Origin: Monocercomonoides exilis PA203 | Taxonomy: Eukaryota > Protista > Preaxostyla | Direction: 5' to 3' | Assembly (NCBI GenBank): GCA_001643675.2 | Contig: LSRY02000002.1 | Location: forward strand, 496,001-560,000 | Length of the DNA: 64,000 nt | Shown here: piece after piece, positions 23,047 through 36,700 of the stretch | How positions within the stretch are numbered: the first letter of the stretch is position 1 | Layout of the letters: every line of letters begins with the position of its first letter | Program-made: the position numbers and the translations under genes | Notes under the pieces: model-generated | Seen by the model: only the letters and a program-made list of their open reading frames with translations | The model's database searches: none | What the model was told of the DNA's origin: nothing

Positions 23047-24574
23047 ATGTTTTCTTCATCAACTTCTTCTCCAACTTTTTCGATGCCATTATCACTTTCT
23101 TTGCATTGGATCGGAATATCGACCTTATGATTCATTAAAGCTGTTCAATCGGAAGCACAGACAAATTGAATCAAATATTATTTCATTCACTTTTTATTCT
23201 CTAAACATCATCATAATCGTTATCAATGCCTTTAATTGTTTTGCAAAAAATGCATCAGAACAGCTTTCCTCTTCTGCAGTGGTGCATTTCGCTCTGCTTC
23301 ATCACTTCGAACAGCTTCCGCGATCCGGCTGTTACAAATGGAGTGAATGAGGTGAATGGGCACGGAAGGAGGAATGACTATGGGATTAAGGAGCTCACAG
23401 GGACGTTGCGTTCATCCGCTCGCTTTATGACACCGCCAAGAAGCAACGAGAGAGGAGCGCATGTTCAAAAAGGTGAGGCAAAGAATGTGGATTTCAGAAG
23501 CAAATTGAGCGCAGAGCAGAAGGAAGGAAATCAGAAGGAAGAGCCAAAGACGAAGACTAAGATGGAGAAAGACGAGTTTTGTGCATCTCAAATTTACACT
23601 TTTGATACAAGACTTCAACATGCAGTAACAGAAAGGAGGAGGAGGGACAGGGGAAGAGAAGAAGGAGGTGATGAAAATGATGATGAACAACAGCAGGCAT
23701 TTTACTCGTTTGACTGCACACTCTCATCTGCCCAGCTGCACACTCAAAGTGGCGTAGCCTCCTCGACAATTGCTTCCTCTTCTTTATCTTGCTTGCCACA
23801 CACACAGTTGCCTACCCCTTCTGTTCTTGTTGGAACTCCTCCATAGTTACTTACTCCTTCATCTCCAGCCACCGACTCCTCTTCATTCACACAGAAGTCC
23901 CTCTGCACATTCAACCCAAGCTCTTCTTCTTTATCGTCCATGCCTTCATTTTCCTCTCTTTCATTTTCCACTCCAAAGCATTCATTCATTGGGTTCTATC
24001 GTTCTCTAAATGCTGCAGTCAACAAAATTGCAAGGAATCTTATAAAGCCAGTGAGATAGCAGATAGCGGATGATGATGAGAATTCATTTTCTTAGTGCAA
24101 ACGGAATGACTCAAAAACAACTGGAACATCATCATCTGTAGTTGATAGAGTTTCGAGTGGAGGGGCGAACAACAAGCACAATCAGATAACTTGAATGATT
24201 TCATTTAAATATTTTTCCTTTTTCAATTGGAAATTGTTTTTGGTTTTTTTTAACTGATTGATCATAAATGTGTAAAATAAACAGAAAAAATAACAAAAAA
24301 GAATTAACAAACATTGCGAAATGATGAATTTTATTTTATAGTTGACTGCAGGTCTATTTTGATTGTTTTTATTATTTGTAAATTATTGAATATAATTTAT
24401 CTTCATTCATTTAACAAAACAGTTCAAAAATTTTTTGATAGAAATTCATTATGAACAAATCTTATCAATTATATGATTTTTTTTAATAAACAAATATAAT
24501 TCATAAATAAAAAATGCAATTTAAGAAAGTGGTTCAAGCGAATTTTTTCGAATACCACAATAAATTTTTATCGA

Positions 24575-24717
24575 AAAAAGTTATTCCGAAAAGCCAGAGT
24601 TTATTCCAATTAAATTTTTTTATTCCAATAAAAATTATTTATTCCGAATAAACTTTATTTATTCGAATAAGTTATTATTATTCGAATAAAACCTTTCTAT
24701 TCTCATTGTATCTAGTA
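24575..24717. repeat. Right terminal array of TTATTCGAATAA-type units
   Basis: About 6 degenerate units related to 21291-21430. Confidence 0.8.
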
Positions 24718-25381
24718 AAACAGTTATGAAGTTCAATCAATCCATTTTGTGTAATCTTTTTCTGCAAGTATTATTTTTAATGCATATTAAATATTTAAAA
24801 TATTTTGTATCGAATGAATGTAGAATTTGAGTGCATAAAATATCATAATTTTTCATAAAATATTATGGTAAAGTTAATCAATTATTTGTTTGAAATGTGA
24901 ATTATTTTCTTGCTTTTGGTGTCACTGTATAAATATTATTAATAATTATATCTTCAATTTCATAGAAAATGTGTTATGCATTTGTGCATGGAATCTGAAC
25001 CTCAAAGAAGGGAAAAAGGTTCAAGTTTTTATTTTTTCTTGGCAGCCTTCGATAAGGGAAGAAATGATTACTGAATCGCGAGCATATGAAGATTTTGAAA
25101 AAATCTTTATGTGAATTGCACAAATACAATTTTCAGTTACATCTTATTCATCCGAAAATGTTCAAAAAAACAGATCATGGCTAAGCGTTTAATAACGAGT
25201 GTAAGTTTAGATGAACATCACACACAATACAATTTTATAAACTGTTTAACATTTTGTGGAGGAGGCGTTCCAATGTGGTATCCTCAGTCAAGTTCGGTTT
25301 GGACAATCTGTGAAAACAGAGCGGTAAGTTTTAAAAATAACAAATTGGTGTTGAACTGGTTGGTATTTCTGGATCTATAAT

Positions 25382-26626
25382 ATGAACTCTACTTGCCAAT
25401 TCCTGTTTTCCAAATGCACGTGTGTTGGAAATTCTGGAAACAATTCAGTAGGTTCTTTAACATTTAATGATCCTCCAGAAAATAAGCCAAATCAGTTTTT
25501 GATTGAGGAATGCCAGTTTATCAGGAATAAATTAAATGGTTCTTCTGCTTTTGGCGGTGCTGCGTTATGTTGCACAAACACCTTCACTTGGATGAATAGT
25601 ATAAAGTTCATCGCATTCTGTTTTTTCGATAGCAATTCCGCAACAAATGGCAGAGGAAATGATGTGTTCTTCAATGGCAGCAGCATCACCCAATCTCCAT
25701 TCGAGAATTGTGGCTCAACAACAGCATCAAAAAGAGTGTGGAATCAAGGAACTGCTGATAACGCTGAGTACAATGGCTGGCTCCCACTCATTGCCCAGAA
25801 CAAAATTATTGCAAATGGTGGAAGTGATGTCGATTCCTGTGGCAAAACACAGCAAAGCTCCTGTGCCACGGTGGAGTATGCCCTCTGATGCGTTGATCCC
25901 TTCAGCGATTCCTCCCTCTCTCTTCTCGTCTCCACTTTCACTCCAACAAAGACTCTCACATTTCGTGCTCCAAATACAAAAATCACTGGAAATGGCACAA
26001 CTGCCACCATCATCGCCTCCAGTGGCATTCCCCAACCACCAAACTCACTTTCACAGTCATCACAGTCATCATCATCATTTTCATCCTTGTCATCATCATC
26101 AACATCTTCTTCACCAGATCCATCTGCCACTTCTGCCCTCTTCCAACAGACACAGTGCTCCCTCACAGTCTCTGCCCTCGCCATCGCTCACAACTCCACA
26201 AATGCAATCACCCCCATCCTCTTCCACCTCTCCAATGACTCCCCTTCCCTCAACCTCAACACAACTACCATCACCGGAACAACCTCCATAACAATAAAAA
26301 CTCCCCTCTTCTTCCTCACTGCTGGCTCCCTCGCTCTCAACCACACAGCAATCACCAGACTCGCACTCAACAGCCAAAGCATCTTCCACCTCACCTCCCT
26401 CACAGCACCCCTCTCCCTCAACTCCTCCAACATCACCGACATCACCTCCACAGCCTCACCCGCCAGCTGTGTCCTCTCCTCTGCCACCTCCCCTGCCCTC
26501 TCCATCTCCCTCGCCAACTGCACCATCACCAACATAGACTCAGCTCCACAAAACCAACAGACTGCCACCAATGGCGGATGCATCTCATTCGCCTCATCTG
26601 TCTCTGTTATCACATTTTCTGTTTGA
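25382..26626 (+). pseudogene. Truncated paralogue of the giant surface-protein family with one in-frame TGA (25886-25888)
   Basis: ORFs 25382-25888 and 26087-26626 are in the same frame. They read GGAALC...FCFFDSNSA.NGRGNDVFF...WLP...GGSDVDSCGKTQQSSCATVEYAL*CVDPF and continue to NGGCISF, where the reading frame ends abruptly. Confidence 0.8.
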
Positions 26627-27724
26627 AATCCCTTCTTTGCGGATTTTGTGTGAGCGGAATATAGTTAGTGCTTTAGAAAAAGAGTAGAAAAAATTAACGG
26701 AGAATGACAAATGCTCAGAGAAACAGAAGCAAAAACGAAAAGAAAAATAAATCATTTTGAAAAGATGTTGGAGTTATTGATTCGATGAAGAAGAAGTTAA
26801 TGGGGGAAGAAGAAAATAAAGAAGAAGAAAAAGAAGATGAAGAATGTGGAAAGAGAGATAAAATAAAGTGTAAGAAAGAGAAAAATTACACATTTTTATA
26901 ATTGGACTATCAAACGAGAGAGAGAGTGCAAAGAATGAAAAGAAAAACCTGAAGAGAAGAAAACAAAGAAATCAAAGAAAATATTTCTATGAATTAGGAT
27001 CTTCAACAACACAATGTTGTGTCTAAGGTGAAAGCATTTGAAGCACAACAAAAGACGTGAATGAAGCCAATTTGAGAAATAAAATGGTCAAATAAAATCC
27101 TTTTTCTTTGGGCCATTTTTGCAAATTCTGTGAAATATTTGATCGATTAATTTTCCAATGAAAAAGCTGAAGATATCTGTTTATAAATTCAATAAGGTCT
27201 TCAAATTTTTCGCAAAGATTGATAAGTTAACAACAGGAAAGAAACACAAAAGGAAAATGAAAAGCATTAACCTTTCAAAGGCTGTGATAAAGAATAAGAC
27301 CTTCTTCAACATCTAAAATGCTTAACATTTGATTTTGAAGGGACAAACAATAAAACGATCAACATTCGAGAAAGGAATTAATATCTCTCGAAAGTTCTTG
27401 AACCTCAAATTTTTCTCAAGAATAAGTTAAATCAAAGATATTGCACACAACTGAAAGCAGAATCCGTTGAATCAACGCAATCAATAAGAATTTGTTGATG
27501 AAATAACGTTATAACTGATATGCTTTTCAACAGAATGAATTATCATAATTCACTTACAGAATCGAAAACAAAAAGAATTTGTTATGACTTCATCGATTTT
27601 TTCCTGTGCAATTTATTGACAAATAATTTTTCCTTTTTGGAAAAAAAGTTATTTCAACCATAATTGAAAATTGCAGTTGATCACAGTTTCTGGAAAGAGA
27701 AAAACAAGCAGCAATTTCTTTCCA

Positions 27725-30700
27725 ATGCGCGTAAAGTTGGCAAAATGCAATGGTATCCCCATATTGATACTTTTGGCGCTTGTTCACTCGTCAGTCGAGA
27801 AAAGTGTGAACGAACAAGAAGGAACAGAAAAAGGAATTTCTATTGATTTTGGAGAAAAAGGCATAAATCCATTTGAAAGAGGACGCAATGAAATAAAAAA
27901 CAAAAATAACTTTTTTGCAAAAGACATTTCATGCTCCAGAAATTGTCTCAAAGACTCGTTTTTAAAAGATGTGAAAGAACAACAAATTGAAGAAATAATT
28001 GAAAAAGAAACAGAAAAGGAAACTCGAAAAAGAAGAGAAGAATATATTGATAATAAGGATTTTTTGATAATTAATGACAAACGACGAGAGGCAAAAAGCA
28101 TCATAAGGTGTCAAATTGAAGCATGGAATTCTTCAGTTGCGATACGCAAATTGGAAGTTTTTGGATCAGAGAAAGGGAAGGGAATTGATGTGGGAAGAAA
28201 CTCGTTTTTGCATTTCGAATGTGTGGAGATGATGGTGGAATGCGCACATGAATCTCCAATTCTGTGCATTGGAGGAAGAATCCTTCTGGAAAATACAAGC
28301 CTGAAAATGGAATGGGAAGGGAAAACGATGCCTCCGATGTTTTTCTCTGGGCAATGCAGCAGAAGAGAGAACGAGCTTGGAGAGGCAAAGATAAGAGCGT
28401 GCAGCTTTGGATCCTTCTGCTTGTGGGACACAGCTCCATTTATTGTGTCACCAGCATTTGAGAATGTTGAAGTGATCGGCTCGAGATTTGCGAACATCAC
28501 AGTTGGAAGCCAGTGGAGGTTCGTCGATGGAGGACTATACAGTTGCAAAACAAGGCTTGAATGTGTGGAATACATGCGAGTGGAGGATGTGCTGGATGGG
28601 GCTATTGTTCCTCCGCTGAGCATGCCATCATCATCTGTTGTCTCGCGAAACTGCACCTATCAAGGCAACATCAGACATCCGAACAAATACGATATTTACA
28701 AAGGAAGCGAAGGAAGAAGAGAACTTGACGCATCGGCTTCATTTGAGGACGACACATTCGAAGGCTGCAGAACTGATGCCGGATCAGGAGGGGCTTTAAG
28801 TGTTAAATCTTCTTTAGTGTTGCTAAACGTTACGAGATGCAATTTCACAGGATGCTATGCATATACAGGAGGAGGTGCCATCGATGCGACAAATTCAAAA
28901 GGAGCAATGGTTATTGAAACATTTTTCCTAAATAATACAGCAGAGACTCAAGGAGGAAGCTATAACATGGTTGGGAATAATGAGTGTTCACTAACTCGAA
29001 AGTGTCTGTTCAAAAACAGTCAGGTTTACGAACAAGGAAGAGGAAGTGCTTTCTGTTTAAGCGTTTATTCCAATTATTTTCCAACGAGCTGTCTTGGATC
29101 TGACGATGGAAATGGAGGACAAGCCCAGGTTATGGATTGCCAGTTTGTGAAATGTGTTAATAAAGGAAATTACGGGGCTGTAATGAGTTGGTCATACTCC
29201 AGCATTTTTGCAATGAGGAGTTGCCAATTTATTAAATGTTCAAGTTTTCAAGAAGGAGGTGCAATTCGCCACCATTTTGTTAAATGTCCAGGAGATCAAA
29301 CGAATTTGAAAGCATTTTTCTTTTTGTTTTTTCATGAATGTTCTTGCACAAATGGTGAGAATCCATTGGGGCATGATGTTCGTCTTTATCAAACAAGTGC
29401 AAATGTGAATATCACATCGACACCTTTCAAAGAGAGTTATACAACAAACACTAACGAAAAACGGTTATTTAATATGGGCACAGGTAAATATGAAAAAGAT
29501 TGGCTTCCAACAACGAAAAAGTTGTTCACCTCTTGCTTTGTATCAACAAGTGGGAATGACGGGGACGAGTTGTGTGGGTTATCTGACGAATCGGGATGCA
29601 GAACAATTTCACATTCGCTGGGGAAGTGCATGACTCAGTTTGAGTCGATGATATTTTTGGGGAAAGGAACACACACATCAGAGGAGGGAGAAATAAGTGC
29701 TGGAAATCGGGAGCTGAGTGTGCGTGGGGAGGGTGTGGAAGAGACAGTTGTGAGCACAAACAGCATGGAGAATGGAGACAGTCTGTTAAGTGTGACAAGC
29801 GGAAGAGTTTTTGTGAGCTTGTTCACAGTCGAGCACTCACACACGAAGCATGAGATGAGACTGTTTGTTGTGAGGGGAAGTGGAAGTGTGGAATTGAAGA
29901 GAATGCGGATGCAGCCATCAAACGGACATTCATCTCTGAATGCATTTGGAGCATCACTGATCGTGTCTGGAGCAGGAGAAGGGAAAGTGGGGATGGAGCA
30001 GGTTGAGATTGGAAACTTTGTGCTGGAAGATGCGCCAATTATCGATGTTGAAGGGAAATGGAAAGTGACAATGTCATTTACCACTTTCAGGAATATTGTG
30101 AGGTTGAGGGGAGGTGGGAGTGTGATATCGAAGAGTGTGATAGAAGGTGAAGTGTTGCTGATGAACAATGTGACGATGCAGGGATGCAGATGTGAGAGCG
30201 GGGACGGAGGAGGAATGGCAGTTAGGATGGAATCAGGAGCTCGTGCTCGTGTGGGGAATGAGAGCGAAGTTTTGTTTGGTGGGTGTGAGGCGAAAAAAGG
30301 GCAGAACGGAGGAGGAGGGTGTGGAGGAGGGATGATGATTGAAGTGAAGGAAGGAGGATATGATTTTGTGATTGACAAAGCATCTTTTGAAGGGTGTGTG
30401 GCAACAAAGGCAGGGAGCAAGCTGTTTGTGAGAGCACCCCAGATGGAAGAGGTGGCGAAGAGAGAGCGGCTGAAGTTTGCAATTGATGAAAGCAATCTGA
30501 GTGAGGTGTGTGGTTTTGAGAATGGGGATGAAGCGAATGTTATTCCACTTGTGGTGTATCTGCGGAGTAAGCCAAATGAATACTATGTTGGAGGGCGGAA
30601 CAAGAGAGACTGGGAGATGTGTGGATTTGGAGATGTGCAGTGTGCGAGTGTGGATTATGCGATCAGGAAGCATGGGACTGGGGCAGGGATAACAGTTGTG

Positions 30701-33700
30701 GCGAGCAGCGTGGCAGTGGTGAAAGGCGAGGTTGAACTTATGAATGGAGTTGTTGTGGTGAAAGGACAGGCATCTCCACCTCGAGTAGTGATAGAGAGCA
30801 GAGAGAGTGGGAGAGCAGAGGGAGTGATCACAACAGCTGGAGCAACAACATCGATTGTGAATCTGGTGATATCGCTTCCAGTAAGTGTGGGTGAAGGAAG
30901 AAGCGTGATTGCGTGCCGGAGTGGGAGTGTGGAGGTGAGACAGTGCAATTTAGAGGGAGGGGAAGGAGAGAGGATTGGATATGTGGTTATGCAATGCAGC
31001 GGAGGCAAGTTGAGTGTGCGACAGGTGGCAGTGAGTGGGCTGAGCTTTGGAGGGAGCTGCATGGTCTGTGTGAGCAATAATGGAGAAGGATTGATTTCCC
31101 AGACAAACATTAGTGGAGGAACAGTGGAATGTGAAAATGGATTGGTATATTATGCATCGAGTGGGAAGCTTGTTGTTGAGCAGACGAAATTTGAGGGGAT
31201 AACATGCTCGTTGAGTGGGATTGTGGTTGGACGAGGAGGGAGCGATCTGGAGATGGAGAAATGCACATTCAGCGGGATTGAGAGCACAGCAGGGAATGGG
31301 AGTGGAGTGCGGTGTGTAATTGGAGATGGGGAGAGTGTGGTGATTGGGAACAGCAGCTTTTCTGGGTGTTGTGTGGAGAAAGGATGTGGAGGGGGAGTGT
31401 GTGTGGAGATAGAAGCAGGAGGATATTTTCGAATGGGGAGGAGCGAGGAAGAAACATTTGTTGAAAAGTGCAGGAGCTGTTTGAGAGACAGAGTTGGAGG
31501 ATGTGGAGGAGGGATGTTTTTGAAAATGGAGGGAGGCAGTGAATCAAAAGGATGGGATTATGAGGTGTGTGGAGTGGTGTTTGGGACAGGTGTGGGGAAG
31601 AATGAAGCAACAAGAGGAGGAGACAATGTTTTTGTGAAAGCTGAAGATCTGAGTGAAGCAGTGAGTGGAGGAAAGTTTGTGGGAGTGATTGCGACAGATA
31701 AAGGGAGAATGAGAGAAGCGATGGGGTTTGAAGGTGGTGATGAGAGTTTTCTGATTCCGCTGATGTTTTTCATGGTTGAAGTGGAAGGTGTTGCGGGGCA
31801 TGTTGGAGGAGTGAATAAGCGAGACTTTTCAGGGTGTGGGTTTGAAGGATATGGATGTGCGACTATTGGGAAGCTGGTTGGATTGAGGTTTGCAAACAGT
31901 GAGAAGAAGATAATTGTGAATGACGGGTTCAGCTGGAGAGAGAAGGTGGAGATGAGCAGATGGAAGTGGGAGCTGAAGGGTGTGGAGAGAGGAACAAATG
32001 TGAATGTGGCGTGGGGAGAGGCGGGAGTTGGAAATGGGATGATTCACACAACAACAGAAACACATGTGTCAAATTGCACATTTGGCGTGTTGGTGAAGAG
32101 TGAAGGAGTGTGTTGTTTGATTGAGTGTGTGGGAGGTGATTTGGAGATGGTGTGGTGTGTGATGAGGCTGTCTGGTGAAGAGGGATTGGATGGTGCGAGT
32201 AGTGGGCTATTGAAAGTTGAGGGAGGCGGAGTGGTACTGGATGCGTTTGTGGTTGAGGGAAGCGGGGAAATAGAGTTTATGGGAGTGCCAATTGATATTG
32301 GAGGAGGTGGGAAGATGAAGGTGAACAACAGTGTTTTTGACTGTGCTTGGCACAGAGGAGGAGATGGAGGGTGCATTGGAGTGGAGAGTGGAACTGGTCA
32401 ATTGCGAGATGTCCATGTTGATAATTGCACGATCAAAGGAAAGTGTGGATGTGGGAATGGGCTTCGAGGAGGAGGGATGATTGTGAGGCAGGGTGAGGGA
32501 GCAGAGGTGGTGATAGAGGGGACAAAGTTTGAAGGATGTGAAGTGCCTGAGGGAGAAGAAGGAGAAGAAGGAGGAGAAGGAAGGGGATTGGGAGGAGGGG
32601 TATTTTTATTGTGTTCAGATGGTGTGAGTGGGTTTGAATTGAAAGGGCTGGAGTTTGAGGGGTGCAAAGCATGGAAGGGGAAGAATGTGTTTGTGGAAGG
32701 GAGGGATTTGAGTGCTATTGTGAGTGGAGGCTCAATGAATTTTGAGAGAGGTGAGATGGAGATGGGGGATCTGATGGGATATGAGCGTTGTTCAACAGGT
32801 GATACTTTTGGAATTCCACTTGGTGCATATCTTGATCAGTTTGGTGGAACAGCATATGTTGGAGGAGAGTCAGACTGGGGATATGATCATTCAGGTTGTG
32901 GGATGGCATATGCGCCGTGTCGAACAATTGAACAGGCACTGAAAGTGCGTTTTGGAGGAGTAGTTGGAAGTGGAGAAGTGGTGGCGATGGAATCATTTGA
33001 GCTGAAAGATCATGTGGTGCTTGAGCTGCAGGGAGTGAAGTTGAAAGGGGTTGTTGAGGGAGGAGAGACAAGTGTTCTGGTTCGTGATGATGGAGCAGGG
33101 GAGGGAGTAGGGATGTTGGAAACCAGAGTGAATGTATTTGTGAAGAATATATCATTTTCTGTTCCCAACGAGTTTTCGGCAGCCAGATGGGAGTGTCTGT
33201 TTGCATGCAAGGGAGAGGAGCTGAAGCTGGAGAACTGCCAGGTGGAGCAAATGAATGGGCAGTTGAAAATGAAGTATTCATTGATAAAAGCGAGTGGAGG
33301 AAAGGTGGTTGTGGATGGGTTGAAGATGGCAAACATGAATACAGGTGGATTTGAGTTGTTTGATCTGTGTGGAGGTGAAGGAGTGTTTGAAGGATTGGAG
33401 ATGGAGAATGTTGTTTGTGGAGCCGAAAGTGGGCTGATTGGCGTGAGGGAGGGATCGGCACTGAGGGTGGAAAACAGTACAGTGAAGGGAACAACAATGG
33501 ATGATGGAAGTGTTGTTGTGTTTGAAGAAAGGGCAAGTGTTGGGGCGAAGAACATCAGTGTGGAGGGAAAGACACGGAAGAGCGGGAATGGAGGTGTGTT
33601 TGCAGGGAGAGTGGGAGAAGGGCAGAAAGTGGAGGTGAAGGAGAGCACATTTGTGCAGGATGTGTGCATGGGGAATCCGTCTTGTGGAGGATGTGTGTTT

Positions 33701-36700
33701 GTGAGTGTTGCAGGGAAGGGGGAATTTGTGTTTGATTCGAACAGGGTGGAGAGGTGTGCAGTGGTGGGAACAGCAGGATATGGAGGAGGGGTGTTTGTGG
33801 AGCTGGAGGACAGGGAGGCGAAGTACTCGCTTCGAGAGGATGTGTTTGAGGGGAATGCTGCAGCAAAGGGACTGGATGTGTTTGTTGTGTGTGGGGAGCC
33901 AGAGGTGATGCTGCGGGAGGATCTGTGGATGGGTACAGTGGATGAGGAGAGCACGCCAGAGGTGAATGTGTGGGTGATGGACTCGGTGACAGACACAGTG
34001 ATCGACTTGTCAGTGAAGAAGTATCTGTTCCCTGTGGAAGGGGCGATTGTGTATGTGGAGGCAGGGAGGAGCACAGCATCCGACTCGTGCGGAAGCGAGG
34101 TGTCACCTTGTGACAGGTTCATCGATGGGTTTATGAACATGGGAGAGGAGAAGACGACGATCCAGATGAACAACGGGAACTGGATGGATTATGTGATTGA
34201 TCGGAAAGGGAAATCGCTGGCAGTGCGAGGGAAAAGTGCTGGATGCAGCTTGGAGGTCAGAGAACATGGATGCTTCAGGCAGAGCATTGGAGACTCACAG
34301 ACAACACTGACACTCAGCCGCCTGGATTTCAGACTGCCAATGGTGGCATCAGAGGAAGTGGATGGGCTGATCAGTGTGAGTGTTGGTATGGTGATTGTGA
34401 TGAACTGTGTGTTTGGGGCAGGTTCAGGAACAGATGTTGGGGGAGAGGAAGCAGGAGCTGATGTGAGGTGGGAGACAGGGATGAGGACAGTGAGGGAAAC
34501 CGGAGGAGAGGTACGGATGAATCAAGTTTCAGTGGAAGATGTAAATTTTGGAGTGGATGGAGGCTTTGTGAAGATGGAGGGAGGAATGATCATCATGAAC
34601 AACACGAACATATCGAATGTTGGAGGAACTGGGAAGGGGTTGATTGAAGGGAGTGGAGACGCTGAGTTTGGGATGCACAAGGGATGTGTGGAGGAAGTGG
34701 ATGCGACGGACGGGGGAGTGGTGTGGATGGAGGATGTGAGAAGTTTGGAGATTACAGAAGGCAGCACATTCAATGGATGCCGATCTGCTCATGGGGATGG
34801 AGGAGGAGTGCACTGCGAAGTGAGTGAAGGAAGCAGCGTGTGCATCACAGATGGAGTGTTGGAGAGGTGTTGTGTGAATGGTGAAAGCGGAAGAGGAGGA
34901 GGAATATATTTGAATGTTGCAAGCTCAAGAATGGGAGATATGAATTTTGATGGGCTTGAGTTTGCAGAGAACGCAGGAGCATGTGGAAGAGATGTGTTTA
35001 TGGAGTGTGAGGATCTGAACAAGACAGTGACTCGATCTCGATTTCGGTTTGCAGTGAAGAACGGAGAAGGGGAGGTGATTGTGGATATAAAAGGAGTGGA
35101 TCAGATGCGATTTGTTGAAGAGGCAGTGGATCTTGTAGTGTTTCTGGTGGAGCATAAGTGGGGAGAAGTGCACGTGAGAGAAGGAGGGTACGACATGATA
35201 GGATGTGGGAGTGAGAAAATGCCATGTGAGACATTTTGGAGAGGGGTGAAGAATGCAGATCGTGAAACAGTTGAGGGAGCTAAGATCTTGGTGAAAGGGA
35301 AGATGAGGGTTGCAGATTGGTTTGATGTATCGGGGATAAGAACGGTGTGCAATGGGGCAGGAACAGGAGCAGCTACAAGGTGTGTGATGGAGGTTGGGGA
35401 GGAGATCAGTGGAGGAGATGGGAAATGTGTATTTGAGAACAACAGGAGAGCAGGATTTGAAGGAGTTGAGTTTGTTCTACCAGGGATGTTTGCAAGTGGG
35501 CAGGAAGTGGTGCTGCTTTCGGAGACAGATGAAGGTGCATTGAGCATGACGGATTGTGTGTTCCAGTTTGAGAGTGGAAGTGCGATGGGATATGGAGTGA
35601 TGAAGGCGATAGGCGGAAAGGTGGAGCTCGTTGGATGCTCGATAGAAAAGGCAACATTCAGTGGGAGTGCCTTTGAGTTCAGATCGAATGTGATGATTGA
35701 AGATTGCACAATGAAGAAGGTGAAAGCTCCAGAAGAGAAGGAGGGAGGAGGGATGAAAATGATTGTGAAGGGTGAACATACTCTGGTGCTGAAGAACACA
35801 ACGGCAGAAGAATGCGAGTGCTCAGTTGCATTTGGGAGAGGAGGGTTTTTGTTTGTGGATTGTTCAGGGTCGCTGATTGTTCAGCCGTTTAAGCTGAATG
35901 GAGTGACGTTCAAATTGAACAGGGCAAAAGTTGGTGAGCATATGTTTGTTTTGGCAAGAGATCTGAACAAAACTGTGACAACAACTTCGTTTGGGTTTGA
36001 CTATCAGGGGATGAAAGAGAACGGGAACGGATTTGTTGGGAGTGATGAAAGCAGGAACGAGACAGATCTCCTGAGATATGTTGTGGGATACAAGAGCCGG
36101 AAGATATATTTAAGTTCAGAAGGGCAGGATGTGATGCGGTGTGGAAATGTGGACGATCCGTGTGAGACGCTGTGGAAGGGGATGGAGCAAGTGGAGAGGA
36201 CAGAGGAGATGAAAGAGATTGTGGTGGGAGGGGAGGCGAGAGTGGAGGATGACTGGACAATGAAGAATATGGTTGTGAGTGGTGTGGGAGGAGGAGGAGA
36301 GGAGGATGTGAAGGATGAGCTCGTATTCAGTGGAAAAGAAGGGGATGGTGTGTTGAGTAAAGATCCGTTCATCACATACGCTGGGACGCTGTGTGTTCGG
36401 AGGATGAAGATGGTGGTTGGGGGTTCAGGTGGAGTGGAGAAGAAGGGGATTTTGAGTGGAGGAGGAACACTGCTGGAAATGGAAAGATGTGTGGTTGGAG
36501 GAGTGGGATCTGTCGGGGAGTTGTGTGGATCGGTTGTTGTTGTGAAAGCAGGGGCATTGGTGGTGGTGGATATGAGATTTGAGCGAATGAAGGTGAAGGG
36601 CTGTGTGGTGATGGTGTTTGAAGGGGTGAGCTGCAATCTGAGGGAAGTGCGGATGAGCTCGCAGGAGTATCACGAGGGTTGTGCAATCAGTATTGTGAGC

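Larger units (their letters stand above)
21291..24717. mobile_element. Degenerate non-autonomous DNA element bounded by long repeat-containing termini and carrying host gene fragments
   Basis: The left end cagtagatggtattggaataagaaaattttattgaaataa...ttcgaataaccaaagtttattc aligns by eye with the reverse complement of the right end, tactagatacaatgagaatagaaaggttttattcgaataa...ttcgaataaataaagtttattc. Both ends consist of ~20-bp units built on TTATTC(G/C)AATAA. No clean target-site duplication is visible. Confidence 0.6.

Noticed and set aside
23226-24073. 206-aa ORF and overlapping ORFs as real genes
   Set aside because: They are low-complexity fragments in shifting frames inside the repeat-bounded element, with no recognisable domain.
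26630-27660. Decayed coding-like DNA with FEGTNNK (~27334-27354), resembling a transposase motif
   Set aside because: A single short motif amid many stops is not enough to call an element.
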